A model generated the notes under the pieces. The model made no database searches. It was not told the origin of the DNA and worked only from the letters and a program-made list of their open reading frames with translations. Positions 60,375-64,000 of a DNA stretch of 64,000 bases are shown here, one piece after another. The DNA is from Anaerolineales bacterium (GTDB lineage: Bacteria; Chloroflexota; Anaerolineae; Anaerolineales; UBA6663), in contig JBGAJV010000006.1 in assembly GCA_044224715.1 (NCBI GenBank), positions 74,448-138,447 on the forward strand, read 5' to 3'. The first letter of the stretch is position 1, and the number at the start of each line of letters is the position of its first letter. The translations under genes were made by a program, and so were the position numbers.

Positions 60375-61817
60375 TCAGCTTTCGCGCGAGTGGCGTTCTC
60401 GTGCCGCTTGATAGGCGCGCAGCGTTCGGGTTCGGGCCACGGTGCGGTCGACGATTGGTGCGGGGTAGTGTTCGCCGATGACGACGCCGTGTTGACGCTG
60501 CTCGAGCGGGGTCAGCGTCCACGGTTCGTGGATCGCACGGTCGGGGAGGCCGGCTAGTTCGGGTACGTAGCGCCGGATGTAGTCTCCGGTTGGGTCGAAT
60601 TTGCGTCCCTGCAGCACCGGGTTGAAGATGCGAAAGTACGGGGCCGCGTCGGTTCCGACACCGGCGGTCCATTGCCAGCCGCCGTTGTTGGCCGCCGGAT
60701 CGCCGTCGATGAGCTGATCCATGAACCATTGCTCGCCCGCGCGCCAGTCGATGAGCAGATCCTTGACCAGAAACGACGCCACGATCATGCGCGCGCGATT
60801 GTGCATCCACCCGGTCTCGGCCAGTTGGCGCATGGCCGCGTCCACGACCGGCACACCCGTGAGTCCTGCCTGCCAGGCTTCGAGGTCCTGGGGCGCAGCG
60901 CGCCAGGCGATGTCGCGCAGGGCCGGGTTGAAGGCGGTTCGGAGCACATTCGGGAAGTGGTAAAGGATGCCCTGATAGAACTCGCGCCAGATCAGTTCAT
61001 TCAGCCACGTTTGAGCGCCCTGTGCGCTCGCCGGCTCCTGCGCGTGGGCGACGGCATTCAGCGCACCGACGACGGCCTCGCGCGCCGACAGCAGGCCGAA
61101 GCGTAGATACGGTGAGAGCGACGACGTCCCAGCCACGCCGAGCAGATCGCGCTCCGCATGATACCGCGACACCGGCGCGTCGGCGCCGGCGACAAAGCGC
61201 CTGAGGCGTTCACGGGCCACGCGCTCGTCGGCCGGAAAGGCCTCGTGGCTTGAGGGCGACGCCGCGAGCCGCTCGCTCCTCCAATCGTCGGGCAGGGCGG
61301 GTAGCGCGTCCGGCGCCTTCAGGACGTCGTCGGGCCGCGGGCGCGGCAACGCCAGCCAGGCCTTGCTGAAGGGCGTGAACACCGTATACGGGCCGCCGTC
61401 GGCCTTGCGCACCGACTGCGGATGATGCACGGTCGGTCCGGCGGTCAGTCGCAGCGGAAGGGCCGCCTGAACGGCGGCGTCGCGGCGCCGGGCATACGGG
61501 CCATAGTCCTCGCCGGCAACGATCAGGTCGGCGCCCGTTTCGGCGAGCAGGGCGGCCAGCACCTCGGCCGGGCGTCCCGCCCGGGCGATCAGCCGCGCCC
61601 CCCGCGCACGCAACTCGCGATCGAGCGACTCGAGCGCACCGAACAGGAAGGCGCGACGACGCGTCGCGTTGCGGTGCGAGCGGCCTCCGAGCAGGGTTGG
61701 GTCGGCCACGAACACGGGCACGACCCGTCCGTGCGCCAGAGCGGCGTGCAGGGCCGGGTTGTCGTGCAGGCGCAGGTCGCGGCGGATCCACCAGATTGCA
61801 GTCGGTGTCTGAGCCAT
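60375..61817 (-). CDS. phr: Deoxyribodipyrimidine photolyase (class I CPD photolyase/cryptochrome family)
   Basis: WWIRRDLRLHDNPAL, WREFY, TGVPVVDAAMRQLAETGWMHNRARMIVASFL and DGDPAANNGGWQW. The ATG at 61817 (MAQTPTAIWW) is preferred. Confidence 0.93.
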   Translation of the reverse strand: MAQTPTAIWWIRRDLRLHDNPALHAALAHGRVVPVFVADPTLLGGRSHRNATRRRAFLFGALESLDRELRARGARLIARAGRPAEVLAALLAETGADLIVAGEDYGPYARRRDAAVQAALPLRLTAGPTVHHPQSVRKADGGPYTVFTPFSKAWLALPRPRPDDVLKAPDALPALPDDWRSERLAASPSSHEAFPADERVARERLRRFVAGADAPVSRYHAERDLLGVAGTSSLSPYLRFGLLSAREAVVGALNAVAHAQEPASAQGAQTWLNELIWREFYQGILYHFPNVLRTAFNPALRDIAWRAAPQDLEAWQAGLTGVPVVDAAMRQLAETGWMHNRARMIVASFLVKDLLIDWRAGEQWFMDQLIDGDPAANNGGWQWTAGVGTDAAPYFRIFNPVLQGRKFDPTGDYIRRYVPELAGLPDRAIHEPWTLTPLEQRQHGVVIGEHYPAPIVDRTVARTRTLRAYQAARERHSRES

Positions 61818-62120
61818 CGGCCGACACTGTATCAGCGGTGTCCCCCCGACGCGACCCAAGGTACAAGGTTAAGCGCCATATGAAAAGGCCCGCGGCGCGT
61901 CATGGCCGTGGCCTGAACATGGATCCCGCATAGGCGCGGCGATCATGGCTGCCGCACGCTATCACGCCACCCCGGCGGCAGGGGCGCGACGACCAACGGC
62001 CCGCGACGGCGCTCCGCCGCGGGCCGCGAGCCCGTTCTCGTTATGTTACATTGGGGGTTGGCCTGGCTGAGTCGTCTGAGATCGTCCCCACTGAATCAAT
62101 CCAACCGAGGAGTACCGTAC

Positions 62121-62285
62121 ATGACCACCATGACCGCTGCCTTGCCGTCGGAAGGCGTTGCTTTCCTTGAGTCTCTGCCGCAGGAGTTGCGTGACCTGAT
62201 CGAACAGGCCGGGCTGACCTGGGAGGATCTGCGCGAATTGCTGAACCCGAGAGTCGTTGTTGATCTCGCGCTTCCCTGGATTTAG
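62121..62285 (+). CDS. Candidate small protein (54 aa), hypothetical
   Basis: ATG preceded by GAGGAG at 7-nt spacing. Acidic helical sequence (LPQELRDLIEQAGLTWEDLRELL). It conflicts with an antisense XRE-like ORF (see findings). Confidence 0.35.
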   Translation: MTTMTAALPSEGVAFLESLPQELRDLIEQAGLTWEDLRELLNPRVVVDLALPWI

Positions 62286-62695
62286 CCCTGTCGTTTCCTG
62301 ACCTATGACACGTAGATTTCGGACGACTCGCCTGGCCAGCCCAGTTTTGGCCCTTGCTTCGCGTAATCTACGGCCCAGCGGACGCCTCGCCGCGATCAGG
62401 ATGTCGTTGATGGATCGAGTGGTCAGGGGGGGCTGCGGTCCAGACGGGGCGAATGGCGGATCGGCGCGTTTGGTTCTAAACTGGCCTCGGGCCAAGGCCG
62501 CCGATCGATCGCGGATGACGGTGGCGCAGTGGTCAAGCGTCGCTGTCGCCGAGTTAAGGCCCATCACTTTATATGTCGGCGCCTGACTGGCCTGGCATGG
62601 TGTCACAGGCCAGGCAGTCGGGCGCAATCGCGGCGCCGGGCCGAACGATCGGCTTCGAACATGAAGCCCCACGGCTCGGGCCAGATACCATAGCG

Positions 62696-64000
62696 ATGCG
62701 GGACCTCGAACGTTTTTTCAGCCTGCTCGTTTTGTTCGGCACCGCTGTCCTGTTGGGCGCGGGTTTGTGGACGAGTATTACCTTCCCGACGGTGGAGGCC
62801 TATTGGCTACCAGACGGATCGCTCGAATGGATTCGGCCCGCCTCGCAGGCCGCCGAGCAACTTGAACCTGGCGATCACGTCGTCCAGATCGATGGTCAAT
62901 CGGTCGCCTTCACCAGTCAGGTCTTCTCAGCAAAGCGCCCCGGGGACTCAGTTGCCGTACTTCTTGAACGCAGTGGCCAACCGCGGCAGGTCACCTTGCC
63001 GGTCAAGTCAAAATCGATCGCGCAATTGCTGGTTCAGTCCAGCGCGTCAGCGGCGCTGGCCGTGGCGTTTTGGGCGATCGGCGCTACTTTGGTGGTGGGT
63101 TCGCTCAAGCACAGCGAGGTGGCTGCATCCAGCGCATTGGCCGGGGCGTTTTTCGCCCTGACGGGGACCGTTCTGGCGCTGGGCGGGTCGAGCCAGTTTG
63201 CGCCTGGCTGGATCATGCGGCTGTATGCAGCAGGGCTTTGGTGTCTTGGGCCAATTGGGTTGTGGCTGCACCTGGTGTTCCCCAGGCCTTTCCGTCTTGC
63301 GCGATCTCCCTGGTTTGTCCTTGCTGGCGTGGCTCTCGGCGTCGGCGGCGCGTTGTGGGGTTGGTTCGCGGTGCCGGATTACCTGGGAGTCGTCAACGCG
63401 CAGGCGCTACGGGCTTCATATGCCTGGCTCGCCAGTCATGTCGTAGCTTCCATTGGGCTCATCACATGGAGTTGGCTGCGACACCCGAGTCCTGGCGAGC
63501 GCCGGCAGTTGGGTGTCGTCGCTCTGGGCGCAACACTATCTTTGACCCCGTTGGTGGCTATTGTTCTTGTGCCCAGGCTTCTGGGTCTAGAGATCACCGT
63601 CGACCAGGACGTCACCATGCTTCCCTTGGTCTTGCTGCCGGCCTCGTACGGGTATGCGATCCATCGCTACCGGCGTCTGGCCCAGGACCAGGAGCAACTG
63701 CTGATGCGCGGGCTACGCTACCTTTTTAGCGCGATGTCGGTGAGCCTCGTGCTCATGGTGGTGTTTTCGGTGCCGGCCGTGAAAGCACTGTCGGCTGAAG
63801 CCCAGATCTGGACGGCGATCTTTGGCGGCGGCCTGGCGACGCCGATCGTGATGGCACTCGTACAAGCCCTCTGGGATCTCGCGTTGTTCGGGCGCATGCG
63901 CCAGCCGCTCCGCCAGGCCGCCACTGCCACCGCTGCCATCGACCTGGGCATCGACGCGGAGGATCTGGATCGCCAGGTGGGCGAGATCCTGCACGAATTA
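62696..64000 (+). CDS. Polytopic membrane protein with an N-terminal extracytoplasmic PDZ-like domain (3' end cut by window edge); probably the sensor module of a signalling protein
   Basis: The frame is open from 62558 to the window end with no stop, which explains its absence from the ORF track. The ATG at 62696 gives MRDLERFFSLLVLFGTAVLLGAGLW (TM1). A PDZ-like segment follows (GDHVVQIDGQSV...PGDSVAVLLERSGQPRQVTLPV), then at least 7 hydrophobic helices. Confidence 0.7.
   Translation, partial: MRDLERFFSLLVLFGTAVLLGAGLWTSITFPTVEAYWLPDGSLEWIRPASQAAEQLEPGDHVVQIDGQSVAFTSQVFSAKRPGDSVAVLLERSGQPRQVTLPVKSKSIAQLLVQSSASAALAVAFWAIGATLVVGSLKHSEVAASSALAGAFFALTGTVLALGGSSQFAPGWIMRLYAAGLWCLGPIGLWLHLVFPRPFRLARSPWFVLAGVALGVGGALWGWFAVPDYLGVVNAQALRASYAWLASHVVASIGLITWSWLRHPSPGERRQLGVVALGATLSLTPLVAIVLVPRLLGLEITVDQDVTMLPLVLLPASYGYAIHRYRRLAQDQEQLLMRGLRYLFSAMSVSLVLMVVFSVPAVKALSAEAQIWTAIFGGGLATPIVMALVQALWDLALFGRMRQPLRQAATATAAIDLGIDAEDLDRQVGEILHEL

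Noticed and set aside
61998-62025. GC hairpin GGCCCGCG...CGCGGGCC followed by GTTCTCGTTATGTT, as a plus-strand terminator or small-RNA 3' end.
   Set aside because: No plus-strand gene or promoter lies upstream, because the photolyase gene is on the minus strand. The U-tract is weak, so there is too little evidence to call an sRNA.
62305-62586. The 93-aa plus-strand ORF 62305..62586.
   Set aside because: The translation is Arg/Ser/Ala-rich with no SD and no motif. Third-position GC is lower than in real genes here. It overlaps the ambiguous region treated as a finding.

Overview
GC-rich bacterial chromosomal window with about 50 protein-coding genes. I recognise no rRNA, tRNA, CRISPR array, transposase or integrase. 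Long ORFs antisense to real genes are common here, as expected for high-GC DNA.

(1) 1-35.5 kb, entirely plus strand: an alpha-glucan/oligosaccharide utilisation locus. It holds LacI and ROK regulators, two GH65 phosphorylase paralogs, an Opp/Dpp-type ABC importer, two intracellular GH13 alpha-glucosidases, GH130, GH32, a lipoprotein GH13 amylase and a 1393-aa anchored pullulanase.

(2) 13.3-23.2 kb: this locus is interrupted by a tightly packed seven-gene block. It comprises a stand-alone cNMP-binding protein, a zinc-ribbon/class III cyclase/AAA+/TPR protein, an MFS transporter, a GT-C-like polytopic membrane protein, and an ABC-2 exporter with two permeases.

(3) 35.6-54.4 kb, mostly minus strand: nitrogen and serine genes. 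These are gltB, amt, a GNAT/triple-GAF kinase/LuxR-type regulator operon, serA, a HAD phosphatase, and a PdtaS/PdtaR-like kinase with an ANTAR regulator. Two secreted proteins of unknown function sit between gltB and amt.

(4) 54.4-61.8 kb: a light/UV-type island with a CarH-like B12 photoreceptor regulator, SRPBCC protein, CrtI/CrtD-like desaturase, DinB protein, hydrolase and photolyase.

(5) 62-64 kb: an ambiguous low-coding stretch, followed by a PDZ-containing polytopic membrane protein that runs off the window and is absent from the ORF track.

Most interesting candidates:
- the coupled cyclase/GT-C/ABC-2 block
- a recurrent (Q)TxxxYLPxxxR motif in three secreted proteins
- a perfect 34-bp palindrome between the HAD phosphatase gene and serA, downstream of an ANTAR system
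- a structured amt leader
- a phased ACAA-repeat operator in front of the CarH-like gene

All functional calls rest on motifs read by eye from the translations. No database search was run.
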